Positions 52,257 to 64,000 of a DNA stretch of 64,000 bases are shown piece after piece. Location: contig CM082598.2 in assembly GCA_040954595.2 (NCBI GenBank), positions 3,836,507 through 3,900,506 on the forward strand. The letters run 5' to 3'. The number at the start of each line of letters is the position of its first letter. The first letter of the stretch is position 1. The translations under genes were made by a program, and so were the position numbers. Source of the DNA: Balanoglossus misakiensis (taxonomy: Eukaryota; Animalia; Hemichordata). A model generated the notes under the pieces. That model saw nothing but the letters and a program-made list of their open reading frames with translations, ran no database searches and was not told the origin of the DNA.

Positions 52257-54678
52257 CTAAAATGTATAGTGATATTCATTCCTTGTAAGTTTCATAATTT
52301 CAAAAGGTGTGTTTGGTGCAACTGAAACCACGGTTACGATAAGATAAGGAAAATTGATGGCATGTAAAGTCAACGACCAAATGAACATCCAAAGTGTGCA
52401 TTTGTTATGACAGTACAAATAAAAATAATGAATGGTCAGTTTTGTGTTCGAGTACTTCATTAAATGAGTTTGTTTGTGTGTGTGTGCTAGGTTTTTAATT
52501 GTTCTACAGTAAAACCTGTCTAAACTGAACACCAAAGGGACTGAATAAACTTCAGTTTGTAGAGGTGTCTGGTTTATAGAGGTTCTTTTAACATGTGGTT
52601 CTATGTCAAAGGGACGGGGAAAGGTGTTTGGTATAGGCAGGTTTTACTGTACTTTTGAAGAAACTGACAGACACTCACTACAGGTTATATTGACATCCAT
52701 GGAATGACAGCCCTGTGTTGTGAAATCGTACGATAGAATGTACGTCTCTACACTCAAACATATCTTGGCGTTTTCTAGTCTCCCATAACAGTTATCGTGG
52801 GCCATGCAACACCTGTATAACAAAGCAGAAAAATGATTATCACTGGACTGGCAGTGTAGTTTTTCTGGACAGCAAGATAACATGGAAAATCATTAACTGT
52901 AAAATTTGTGCATTAATGAGGCAGGTACCTTCAGAATGAATGAAACCTGGCCACCAGTCAGGGGACTTCTGAACTGTCCGTTATAAGACAGGTGGTCTTT
53001 ATAGATAAGTCAATCAATCTGAATGCACATGTTAATTGCTTATGGAATGTTAACAAGTGGCCACTAAGGACAAGTTTCAAATTTCTAACTTTATATGGTT
53101 ATTGAAAATGTGCATTGGTGAATACAATGCATGTATATTTCTAATACCTACTCGTCAGTTTCATCCACTGGTGCGCCCTCACCGCCCGATCCGCAGTAAC
53201 ATCCGTACTTCACATAGTCGAAGGATGCAGACATTCCGTGTAAACCGGTGGTGCATTGTATCAGCTCTGGTAATTGCAGCACGCTTCGACGGTTTCGCCC
53301 TCCATTTCCTGCTAAAACTACAAAAAAACAAGATTTCTTAAGACTTTTCAATATTTCCCCCGGCATTCCCTGCATAGATCCATATTTGGACAAAAGTCCC
53401 AGAATGCATTGCGTGCCACGCCATTAGTGAAAGTTGCAGACGACATTTTTGAAATATACGTACGGGGTGCGAGGATTTTTGTGCAGGGGACCGTTTTGGA
53501 ATATTGTTACGCGGATTTTGGAAGTTTACGCGGCGCATATTGTTTGGAAGTCGGAATATTCGTTGCAATGAACTCTGGAATAACTGGTGAAAGATTTAGC
53601 GAAATGTGTGTGTCGCTGCCAAGGAACTTTTGGGATATGACGGTCACATTCACGGCGAAAATAAAGGTAAGTCCGGAGCGACTTTGGAACATTGTTACGT
53701 GGATTTTGGAAGTTACGCGGCGCATATTGTTTGGAAGTTGGAATAATCATTGCAATGAACTCTGGAATAACTGGATAAAGATTTAGCGAAGTGTGTGTGT
53801 CGCTGCCAAGAAACTGGTGGGATATGACAGTCACATTCAAGGCGAAATTACTAAAGGTAAGCTCGAACCGACATAGGAAGAAATGAATGCCGTATAGTCA
53901 AGAAACCCATACATGAACGACGCTCCATGTACCGTCGAAATAATTCCAGGTTTGTTCCCTAAATAACAATAATATCCCCCTTTTCCATTTCCCCATGCAT
54001 TGGGCGCTACCTGTAGATGGACTAATATTGCAGACGACACGTGCACCATTACCATGTCAACCCTTGGGCACGCGCGCGCGTCCATTCCCTAGTTACCATT
54101 TCATGCATTTCACTGTCGATATATTGCGCATATTGGTAGCGGCTATTAATAATAGTAATACGAAGTGAATCTATGGAGATAAGTATGTCAGTGCGTTTTA
54201 GAACAGGAATGCAACTATTTTTAGCTGGTTTGTGCAGACAACATCCTGGCCGGTACTGCAAATGTGTACATGTATATTACCCTTGAAACATGTGAAACTG
54301 ACATGCACCCTAACTCAGTTTCACATTTTCATGGTACGCACAGCAGGTAGGTTTATTACGAACTGGGTTAACATACACTCCGTTTTTGAAACGACGGCCG
54401 AATGCTAGTCGTGTTTGCTCAAACAAGGGTTTGCAGTAGATATCTTTAATCATGATTATGTATTATGGTAGCTCTGCGTACAGGTCAGTGTGTTCCCAGC
54501 GTTAAACAGTTGGTATGATGGTTACAATGATTGTAGCGAGTTCATGATGTTGTCAACAGTTAAATTAATCATTTGTGAACTTAAACATCTTACCATTATC
54601 ATTCCATATGGTAAGCACCAACAACACGCACAATTGCCACATCCCAGTGTCCAATCGTAAATTTCCGTGTCGCGTCAT
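52054..54678 (-). CDS. Secreted phospholipase A2 (group I/II-like), whole gene, 4 exons, 193 aa
   Basis: complement(join(52054..52256,52679..52812,53152..53311,54594..54678)) = 582 nt. Signal-like MWQLCVLLVLTIW, propeptide ending RNRR, Ca-loop YGCYCGSGG, catalytic CCMAHDNCY, CECDK. Confidence 0.92.
52507..52649. mobile_element. Tc1/mariner-type MITE in PLA2 intron 3
   Basis: TA-CAGTAAAACCTG...CAGGTTTTACTG-TA. Confidence 0.7.
52679..52812 (-). CDS. PLA2 exon 3 (catalytic His-Asp)
   Basis: CCMAHDNCYGRLE...NITC. Confidence 0.94.
53152..53311 (-). CDS. PLA2 exon 2 (NAGNAG acceptor, alternative start 53308)
   Basis: GNGGRNRRSVLQL...YGCYCGSGGEGAPVDETD. Confidence 0.93.
53494..53861 (+). repeat. 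~188-bp tandem duplication in PLA2 intron 1
   Basis: 53494-53671 versus 53683-53861, both ending AAGGTAAG. Confidence 0.85.
54594..54678 (-). CDS. PLA2 exon 1 (signal peptide)
   Basis: aagATG start, MTRHGNLRLDTGMWQLCVLLVLTIWNDN, phase-1 GTAAGA donor matching exon 2. Confidence 0.65.
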
Positions 54679-55939
54679 CTTGCTGTTTACCGATGCGGGT
54701 CAAACCTCTCCCGTGACTGTTTGTGAGCCGTGAGCCGATACCACGCGGCCACGCTATGTTATCTCCAGTCGGTGCGGTGCAGAAAACACCGTCATGGAAA
54801 TCAGGCAGCGAAATGTTTCTATACGGGTAAAAATGATGTTAAAACTCACAATAAAAATGACATATGTGCGCAAATGAAATTCATTAAACCGAAGTCCCTA
54901 CTAAAATGTCCGGTGTTTCCGCGCAACCGCAAAAACTGCGCGTACGCGTCCCCGGGGTACGCGTCCTAACATGAAATTGATACCGTATCGTGATGATTAG
55001 CCGGACAAAGGTGAACTTTATTAAGTCGAAAACCTTTGGGACAGGGTCATTGGAGTAAATTATATCCTGAAATAAAGAAATAATAATAATAAAAATAATA
55101 TAAATGTAAGTGAAGGAAACGTCATGAAGGCAGAGGCGTGAGGATAGAGCTGAAAACCGAAGTTATTGATGACAAAAATGGATGTATATTTTTGACTCAA
55201 TTCAGTAAAGGTTAGCCCTATTGAAATAAAAATAACAACAAATGTTGGATACCGTATAAATATTTAACAACACTATTGGTCAGTCACGTGATGTTTCAGC
55301 GGGGTTTTTTGATCATCCAGTGGCCGCGTGACCGGATTCGACCCATATTTGGTCAGGGCGATGAACTTTTCAACCGGCACGTTCATATCATGGGTATCCG
55401 TGCGCGTTAGTTTCACACGTGCATGTGCACAATAAAATAAATCCGTTCATGAAAAGACTAAATTTAAACCCCACTCATAAGATTTTCCTCCTACACTTTG
55501 CTCAATTCAAAATTAGTTTACTCTTAATGTAACGCGCCTGGCAAACGCGTTTTCGATTGTCGTATAGTAATAAACGTGGATGAACGCGATGAAAGTGACC
55601 TTGTATAAACCAGACAGACGCGAAAGGTTTCGCCTGTTTACCCGTGTATATAAACAAAACAATAGACGCGCATCGTTGCATCAGATCACAGAGAGACTTC
55701 GAAGGCGTTTTAGAGAGAGACTGTTCAGCAGTTATCTTTGCTTGCTGGCCGATTTTTGTGAATTTGGGAGATGGCAGATTTGATGCGAACGGGATTATGT
55801 ACCGGAGAGGAGGGAAGATTACTGTCAGGGCGCTGTTCTTTGTGATTGTGGGCGCAAAATCGCCTAACATGAAACGCTCTCATATATTTTGTTGGAAGGA
55901 ATTCAGTCACCACGTGGTCGCTACTAAATTGACGGAAAA

Positions 55940-58900
55940 ATCCGTGTACTCTGGGCACCGTACTCCTCACGGGATTCGATTTATTCGGATCAGTACACGT
56001 TCTTTTCCCGAAATTTAAGTAGGGGGACCAGTTAGTTTTGTAAAATCCAAGGAAATTTACATCTTGACTTCTAGAATGCACGAATTTGAGGGGGGGGGGG
56101 CGTCAGCGATCATCAACCACCAAGGCTACAATAATTGCAGCTGGGGGGGGGGGGGGGGGCTTGCCACTTTGATGTGAGCGACATCATGCATCAGAGTGGG
56201 AAAATACTGTCTAGGCACGATCCTTTTGTGGTCACAAAATAACATGAAATGCTCTCTTGTTGTCTGAAGGTGGTCACCACTAAAAACCTTGTGCTTTTTT
56301 ACTCTGGGCACCGTTCTCCTTATTTACGGGATTCAAATTATTCTTATCAGTAGTACATGTTTCACATTGACTAGAGAATGGGGGAGGGGGAGAGAATTTA
56401 CATCTTGGCTTTTAGAATTACTAAATAATTTTATCACTGCATGAAAAAATGAAGTTATCTCTCTGGTAGAGCATGGAGATTTTTTGGGGGGCGGGGGTTT
56501 CTTTTTAAATCAAGAAAATTTACATCTTGACTTTTAGAATTACTAAATAATTATTTCACTGCATGAAACAATGAATTTATCTGTCTGGTAGAGCGTTGAG
56601 AATGGGGGGGGGGGGGCTTGCAACTTTGATATGAGCGAGATCATGCATCAGAGTGGGAAAAATACTGTCTTAAGTACAATCCTTTTGTGGTCACAAAGTA
56701 ACATGAAATACTCTTTTTGTCTGAAGGTGGTCACCACTAAAAATCCTTGTGTTTGATGGAAAGATTTGTGTGCTCTGGGCACCGTACTCCTTACGGGATT
56801 CGATTTATTCGGATCAGTACGCGTTTTTTTCACATCAAATAGGGGGATTAGTTGAGTTTTTAAAATCCAAGAAAATTTACATCTTGACTTTAAGCATTAC
56901 TAAAAATTATTTCACTGCATGAAACAATGAATTTATCTGTCTGGTAGAGCGTGGAGAATTAAGGGGGGGGGGGCTTACTTTTTAAAATCCAAGAAAATTT
57001 ACATCTCGACTTTAAGAATTACGAAATAATTATTTCACTGCATGAAACAATGTTCTCTTTCTAGAAGAGCGTGGAGAATTGGGGGGGGGGGGTTACTTTT
57101 AAAAATCCAAGAAAATTTACATCTTGACTTAGAATTGCTAAATTATTTCACTGCATGAAACAATGAATTTATCTGTCTGGTAGAGAAAGGGGGGGGGGGG
57201 GGCTTGCCACTTTGATATGAGCGAGATCATGCATCAGAGTGGGAAAAATACTGTCTAGGCACGATCCTTTTGTGGTCATAAAATAACATGAAATGCTCTC
57301 TTATTGTCTGAAAGTGGTCGCCACTAAAAAATCCTTGTGCTTGATGGAAAGATTTGTGTACTCTGGGCACCGTACTCCTTACGGGATTCGATTTATTCGG
57401 ATCAGTACATGTTTTTTTCACATCAAATAGGGGGATTAGTTGAGTTTTTAAAATCCAAGAAAATTTACATCTTGACTTTTAGAATTACTACTAAATAATT
57501 ATTTCACTGCATGAAACAATGAATTTATCTGTCTGGTATAGCGGGGAGAATGGGGGGGGGGGGGGGGAGTTGCCACTTTATAAGAGCGAGATCATGCATC
57601 AGAGTGGGAAAAATACTGTCTAAGTACAATCCTTTTGTGGTCACAAAGTAACATGAAATACTCTTTGTCTGAAGGTGGTCACCACTAAAAATCCTTGTGC
57701 TTGATTGAAAGATTTGTGTACTCTGGGCACCGTACTCCTTACAGAATACGATTTATTCGGATCAGTACACGTTTTTGCACATCAAATAGGGGGATTAGTT
57801 GGGTTTTTAAAATCCAAGAAAATTTACATCTTGACTTTTAGCATTACTAAAAATTATTTCACTGCATGAAACAATGAATTTATCTGGCTGGTATGGGAGG
57901 GGGGTGCCACTTTATATGAGCGAGATTATGCATCAGAGTGGGAAAAATAATGTCTAGGCACGATCCTTTTGTGGTCACAAAATACATGAAATGCTCTCTT
58001 ATTGTCTGAAATTGGTCACCACTAAAAATCCTTGTGCTTGATGGAAAGATTTGTGTACTCTGGGCACCGTACTCCTTACGGGATTCGATTTATTCGGATC
58101 AGTACACGTTTTTTTCACATCAAATAGGGGGATTAGTTGAGTTTTTAAAATCCAATAAAATTTACATCTTGACTTTTAGAATGCCTGAATAACTACTTAT
58201 CTGCATGAAACGAATTTATCTGTCTGGTATAGTGGGGGGGGGGGGGGGGGGGGTTGCCACTTTGATATGAGCGAGATCATTCATCTGAGTGGGAAAAATA
58301 CTGTCTAGGCACAATCCTTTTGTGGTCACAAAATACATGAAATGCTCTCTTATTGTCTGAAATTGGTCACCACTAAAAATCCTTGTGCTTGATGGAAAGA
58401 TTTGTGTACTCTGGGCACCGTACTCCTTACGGGATTCGATTTATTCGGATCAGTACACGTTTTTTTCACATCAAATAGGGGGATTAGTTGAGTTTTTAAA
58501 ATCCAATAAAATTTACATCTTGACTTTTAGAATGCCTGAATAACTACTTATCTGCATGAAACGAATTTATCTGTCTGGTATAGCGGGGGGGGGGGGGGGG
58601 GGGGGGGGGGGTTGCCACTTTGATATGAGCGAGATCATTCATCTGAGTGGGAAAAATACTGTCTAGGCACAATCCTTTTGTGGTCTCAAAGTAACATGAA
58701 ATGGTCTCTTGTTTTTTGAAGGTGAAAAATCCTTGTGTTTGATGGAAAGATTTGTGTACTCTGGGCACCGTACTCCTTACGGGATTCGATTTATTCGGAT
58801 CAGTACGCGTTCTTTTCACATCAAATAGGGAGATTAGTTGAGTTTTTAAAATCCAAGAAAATTTACACCTTGACGTTTAGAATGCCTAAATAATTATTTC

Positions 58901-58960
58901 ACTGCATGAAACAATGAAGTTGTCTTTCTGGTAGAGCGTGGAGATATGAAGGGGGGATGG
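55940..58960. repeat. ~350-bp satellite array (about 8 units) with poly-G runs and ~115-bp sub-repeat expansions
   Basis: Anchor ctctgggcaccg near 55949, 56302, 56773, 57361, 57721, 58058, 58409 and 58759. Confidence 0.95.
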
Positions 58961-61900
58961 TTGCAAGAATATTGTCCAGACTTGATCCTTTTGCGGTCAT
59001 TTAACAGTAATGGCATTTGTAAATCTTGTTCATGAATTTTAATGTTTTTATAGTAATTTTAAAAGTTTGTTCATGTACTTGTTTATAGCTGCTCACAAAA
59101 AACTCCTTTAAGTTCAACTAACTAAACCTGCTGTGAGCTACTTTCGATCTCCGACACAGATTATGGTCGCTGCCATCTTGTGTGAGCACTGCCTTATGGG
59201 ATTGACTGTTCACTAAACATCTGTAACCAGCGGCTACAGTTAGAACATGCGTGTGAGACGAGCTACGCGCTTTAAAAGCCTGGTGATTGAGATCTCTCCT
59301 CAATGCGTCTTTCCTTAAATAATACTGGCACACTGCAAATGTCGAATTCGTTTGTAACTGTTTATTCAAACACCAGCATGCCTTAATTCCATCAACGCCT
59401 AGTTGATAACGCTGACAGTGAAAATAATTGACTGAAAAAAAATCAAAACATTACACTACATAAGTACTTGTAGCTCATTATGCAACTCGAAGATCAAGTT
59501 CGCAACATTGAACTGTGGTCTCCCATACAGAACGCCATCTTGAGGCAAGAAACGTACACTTGCCACTTTTGAACAATTCGCATTCCAATAGCTAATTATG
59601 CATGAGACACTTGAACTTGGATAACTAAGAAATCTAGTATAAACCCTTAAATAATTAAATGAGGAATTGTATAAAAATATTAATTTTATAATAATCTTTA
59701 TTAATTCTATAGTGCATTACATAATAGTATAAAACTTCTATGCACTTTACATCACTTGCAGATAATAAAAGTACACTAAAATTTTTATAAAATAATTACC
59801 GTTCGTACATTCATACACACATACATCGGACATACATATATATACACACACAAAAATAAATACCTACATGCATACATCACACACCAACACACAGTCATGA
59901 CTAAAATCTGGGTAAAATGTCAACAACTGAAATATTCGAAGTTGTACAAGCTTAAAAGCATGAAATGACAGAAGTGCCTTGACCTAGGGATCAGTAACTA
60001 ACTTAAGCAAATTATTCTGAAACCGTGGAACTGAAACGGCTACACACTTTTAAGTATTTTGGCCGTAACATGGTTGGTTGGTTGGTTTGTTGTATACTAT
60101 AGTTCATAAATTGTTAATGGTTTTGTAGTTTTCGAAAAGTTTGTTCATATCACGTTGTTGGTTGGTTTGTTGCTCAGGGTTTTCTGTAGTTCATACATTT
60201 TTATTGGTTTTATAGACATTTTAAAAGTTGCGTCGTTTGTTGGTTTCTTCTTTGTGGTTGTCTGTACTTCATAAATTTTTAATAGTAATTTTTGTTGTAA
60301 AGTTTGTTCATATCACATTGTTGGTAAACTTTAAACACACAGTCCACTTTGTGAACTCTGATGTTTCATTTATTTGATGCCTCGATCTCGTCACTTTGTT
60401 TATTATTTTTTAGTCCTTAATAATTCATCCTTTGTTTGCTGACTCAGCCATCTTGTGCCCTCCATGCATCACGGGACAGCTTTCATTAGTGTTTGGTAGT
60501 GTTAATTTCCAACTTCCTGTGGCTATTATACCTGTACTCATTCTCTCTGAAACCATGATCACATAAAACAGTTGATGAGTAACTTCATAAATTTGAGTCA
60601 AGTTTGCCACTGTGTGTACATTAATTATGCTTTACTATATTGTGTACTCAATCCAGTCTATTCTCTCTGGCCTTTTAACTGATCACTCATATGTACCAAT
60701 GTGGCTTTGGCTGCTGTTACTCGGATTTCAGAAGCGTGACAGCCATCATTGGAGAGAAATGCTGAAATAAAAAAGGTCTAGTTTAGTGGTCGTCGTCCTC
60801 CCCCTCCTCCTTCTTCCTCTTTCGGCTGGTGTAGCCCTTTTCTGCCATCTGGGCCCTCCACGCATCATATGACAGGCCACAGGTGTTTGGGCAGTACCAG
60901 TTGCCAAAGTACTGCCTGTGGCCCCCGTCCCTCGGCTGTTTACACTTACTGCACGTGGAGACACCAGTCCGTCTCTTGTAACTGGCCCTCCTTGTCACAT
61001 CACCGGCAGCTTCTTGCCTCTTCTTCTGTCGCTTGTACCATTGAGTGCTTTGTGGTACCTCTTGGCCGGTGGGCTGCACCGGTGGGACTTCCCGTACCAC
61101 AAATGGAAGCTCAAATGGAAACGAGAGGCAGCTGCTGGGCTTCTGGAGTGGGAATGGTCATACCTGATGTTAATGGTTGTGGTAGTTGAACAAGTAGCTG
61201 TGGCGACACTGATCTCCTTAGCATTGCCTGGCCGGCTGTGTTGGCTGGCAGCTCGAACACGAATGGTTGAACCACCTCTGCCACTGGCAATGAGTCCGGC
61301 TTTACGTTGGCCTCTGGTAGGGCTGGTGTTGGTAATGCCACTCCTTGCTCCAAGACTCGCTTTTCGTGAGTCTTCTCGCGCTTGTTGTACCACTGTATGA
61401 GTGTCACTTGGTTGATCTCAACCAGCTGCAAGGATGTTGATCTCATAACTATGGCATTGTCCAGCAACTTTTCCCTGATGTTCTTGTAGGCCCTACACAC
61501 TGGAATCCATCTTAGAGTTCTTCTTTTACCAATCTGCCTCATACAGACAATGATTTTTTGTACATTCTTCAATTACCACTGTGTAAGTGTGACTTAGTTG
61601 ATCTCAACCAGCTGCAAGGATGTTGATCTCATAACTATGGCATTGTCCAGCAACTTCTCCCTGATGTTCTTGTAGGCCCTACACACTTAAGTCCATCTCA
61701 GATAGAGTTCTTCTTCCATCAGTCTGCCTTGATGATGGGTAACGGCTACACAGCTTCCCGACCAGGCACTCAACATAGCGGTTGCAGTCTGGCCCCTGGG
61801 CAGGCCCAGTGTTCTGTCCCAGCAAGCTACGCTTGGTGCTGTCTACGCCCGCAAAAACAGTTGTTAAAGACTTTGACGCCTTGAACCTCCCCTGGGTGAG

Positions 61901-61974
61901 CTTTTTCCTGTGCCGTAGGGGAAAACTGTGTCAGTTTCTGGTCATACTCATGCAGATTATTCCACAGAGAAATG

Positions 61975-62320
61975 ACCTTTCTCAAATGCCTTTAGCCTTT
62001 TATCACACTCAGTTATAAAGTTTACTAGAAGGTGCATTTTGCGAAAAAAGTTCCCCATAGATGAGATGCTCATTTTGCTGTCGTTGGACAGTTCATCCCA
62101 GTCCACGATCAGTTTTGGAAGACATTCATAACGGGGAGTTTTTCTAGCTGACGGTTGAGGCATGGGTTTACTGCACCTTGATCTGACATGGTATTTTTGA
62201 TGCTCGCAGGTAGTTGTGAAATTTTCCGATCCCTGTCTTCATCGTCACCACTTAACTGACAGTACACAGTTTGGGTGAAGGCATTCATCACATCAACAGT
62301 GGAGCTCCCTGGCATCTTAG
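61975..62320 (-). mobile_element. Fragment of a second, unrelated DDE (hAT-like) transposase nested in copy B
   Basis: IKNTMSDQGAVN and GNFFRKMHLLVNF (CxxH-like position) in two frames. Absent from copy A. Confidence 0.5.
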
Positions 62321-63429
62321 ATACACTTAATAAATATTTTTCTTTTCTTCCTTTGTTACCATTTCATGTAGAATGTAAAATTACAATGTAATGCCACAAT
62401 AACGTTTAGAGTGACAGCTACTAGCTTGCCTGGTATAAATTGGTTTAGATGTCAATGAAACAACTCTAAAGATGTCGAGCCTCTGGCACATGTATACACT
62501 GGTAGCTGTACACCACCTTTTGTGACTTCACCAGTCTTGGTATAAATAGTAGCTTAATTACCTGGTATGAATTGGTTTAAATGACGATGGAACGACTCTA
62601 AAGATGTCGAGCCTCTGGCACATCTGTACACCGGTAGCTGTACACCACCTTTTGTGACCTCACCAGTCTTGGTATAAAGTTGGACGTCTGGTGGATCTTG
62701 GATGCATTCTTCTGGGAATTCCAGATGCCCCAAATTCGATCAATGTCTAGTAATGGGACTTAAGGGTGTCACGTCACTGCACGCCGCTGAAGGCCTCCAA
62801 TAACTTAACAATGAGAGCTCCGGTCTCCTCTACACCCCTCGTCTTGTGACGGCAATGCTGTGCACGTTCTCTCGTGGAGATCCGCTTATAATAATAATAA
62901 TAATATAATAATATTAATAGTCTTTATTTCGAGAACCAGCTCATAAAATGACATAAATATATACAACATTACTCACAACATACACATAAAATACATTGTC
63001 ATCATCGGAAGTTTTGGTGATACTGTGAGTGACCATCTCCACTTGAAAATACAAAATGACAATCTTCGCATAAAAGTACTGTATAACTGGTGAGCCTCGG
63101 TGGTGCAACCAGCAGCAATGTGGCGCATGAAATGCCAGGTTTCCAATCGAATCTTTAGGTCCGGCCTTTCGGAAAACATGGTCCTCGGTTGGGTAAGCAC
63201 ACCGCAGCAGTTTCTGGGTTCATTGGCACTATGGTATCTTTGGATAATACCCTCCTCCTTCGGCCCAATGTGACTTCCCTCTGTTGTTGTCAGCACAGAG
63301 ATCAGCACTTGACCAATCTCGTTTCCGACTAACGGTAGCCCAGGTGGCTGTACCTGCACTGTGGCCGGATAGTTTCTGACCAACCTGAGAATAAAAGAAA
63401 AACCAAAAAGTTAAATACACACAGCAGAT

Positions 63430-63488
63430 TAATAATAATAATAATAATAATAATAGTTTATTCTCATAATAATAATAATAATAATAAT
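63430..63488. repeat. (AAT)n microsatellite
   Basis: Read directly from the sequence. A similar tract lies at 62889-62919. Confidence 0.85.
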
Positions 63489-64000
63489 CAAACAAACATA
63501 GTGAAAGTGGAAAAAGATAACTGTTTGGTGTACCATGTGAGAAAGATTGATAATGTTGTGATTACCGATGTCTTACCTTGTAGGGCTAATAAAGGATACT
63601 AAGGCTGTTTCGTACGTTATTCGGTAAAGTTGCTTGGAGGACTGTAGAAAAGACCTTGGCCGCCTGTGCATTTGTCAGAGGTGCAGTGAACTCTGCAAAC
63701 TGCAACAGAAACTCAGCCAGCTTCCACTTGCCCATAGCCGGGAATGTTGTCGGGACCAACAGACTCCTACAAAAGGAAAAAGAAAGGGAATACTTACATC
63801 AGGGTTATCCATCCACAGGCAGGATGTTTTTGGTATCAGAGACAGGACTTGAACTGGTCGCAACAGGTGCTGCAGGAGACCGAGGTCTCTCCACAACTGT
63901 CAACAAAATGAACAGAAAAATAGCATTAAAACTGTCATCCATCCATCCATCAATCAATAAATCAATGGTTCAGTTTTGTAAATAAATAAACTATATATGT

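Larger units (their letters stand above)
60668..63770 (-). mobile_element. Decayed Dada-like DDE transposase relic (copy B, rearranged)
   Basis: Reverse-complement homolog of copy A, plus upstream core VGNEIGQVLISVLT and RLETWHFMR (DxxH-type position, degenerate) and CSKCKQPRDGGHRQYFGNWYC. Multiple lesions. Confidence 0.7.

Noticed and set aside
55940-58960. Regularly spaced repeats as a CRISPR-like array
   Set aside because: Whole units repeat with no unique spacers, there are no cas genes, and the context is eukaryotic.

Overview
AT-rich, intron-containing animal genomic DNA, most likely a marine invertebrate deuterostome (inference from gene content and repeat style). Three intact spliced genes were assembled by hand from GT-AG junctions with consistent phases. 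(1) A CREB3L1/CREB3L2-type membrane-tethered bZIP factor, + strand, 9 exons, 8187-41060, 575 aa, with a ~19 kb first intron that seems to hold two extra promoters/first exons. (2) An isopentenyl phosphate kinase (IPK), + strand, 5 exons, 44103-47489, 278 aa, with a full-length U6 snRNA sequence in intron 1. (3) A secreted phospholipase A2, - strand, 4 exons, 54678-52054, 193 aa. Two decayed, oppositely oriented copies of an intron-containing DDE transposase (Dada-like) flank the PLA2 gene and a ~350-bp G-run satellite. The most unusual signal is a palindromic repeat cluster (47886-48804) between the U6 gene and the first transposase copy. Its unit carries U6 motifs (CTAAAATTGGAACG, TACAGAGAAGAT) in U6 order, consistent with the ends of a U6-targeting DNA transposon. 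Introns contain many MITEs of several superfamilies and minisatellites. No database searches were run, so family names rest on recognised motifs.
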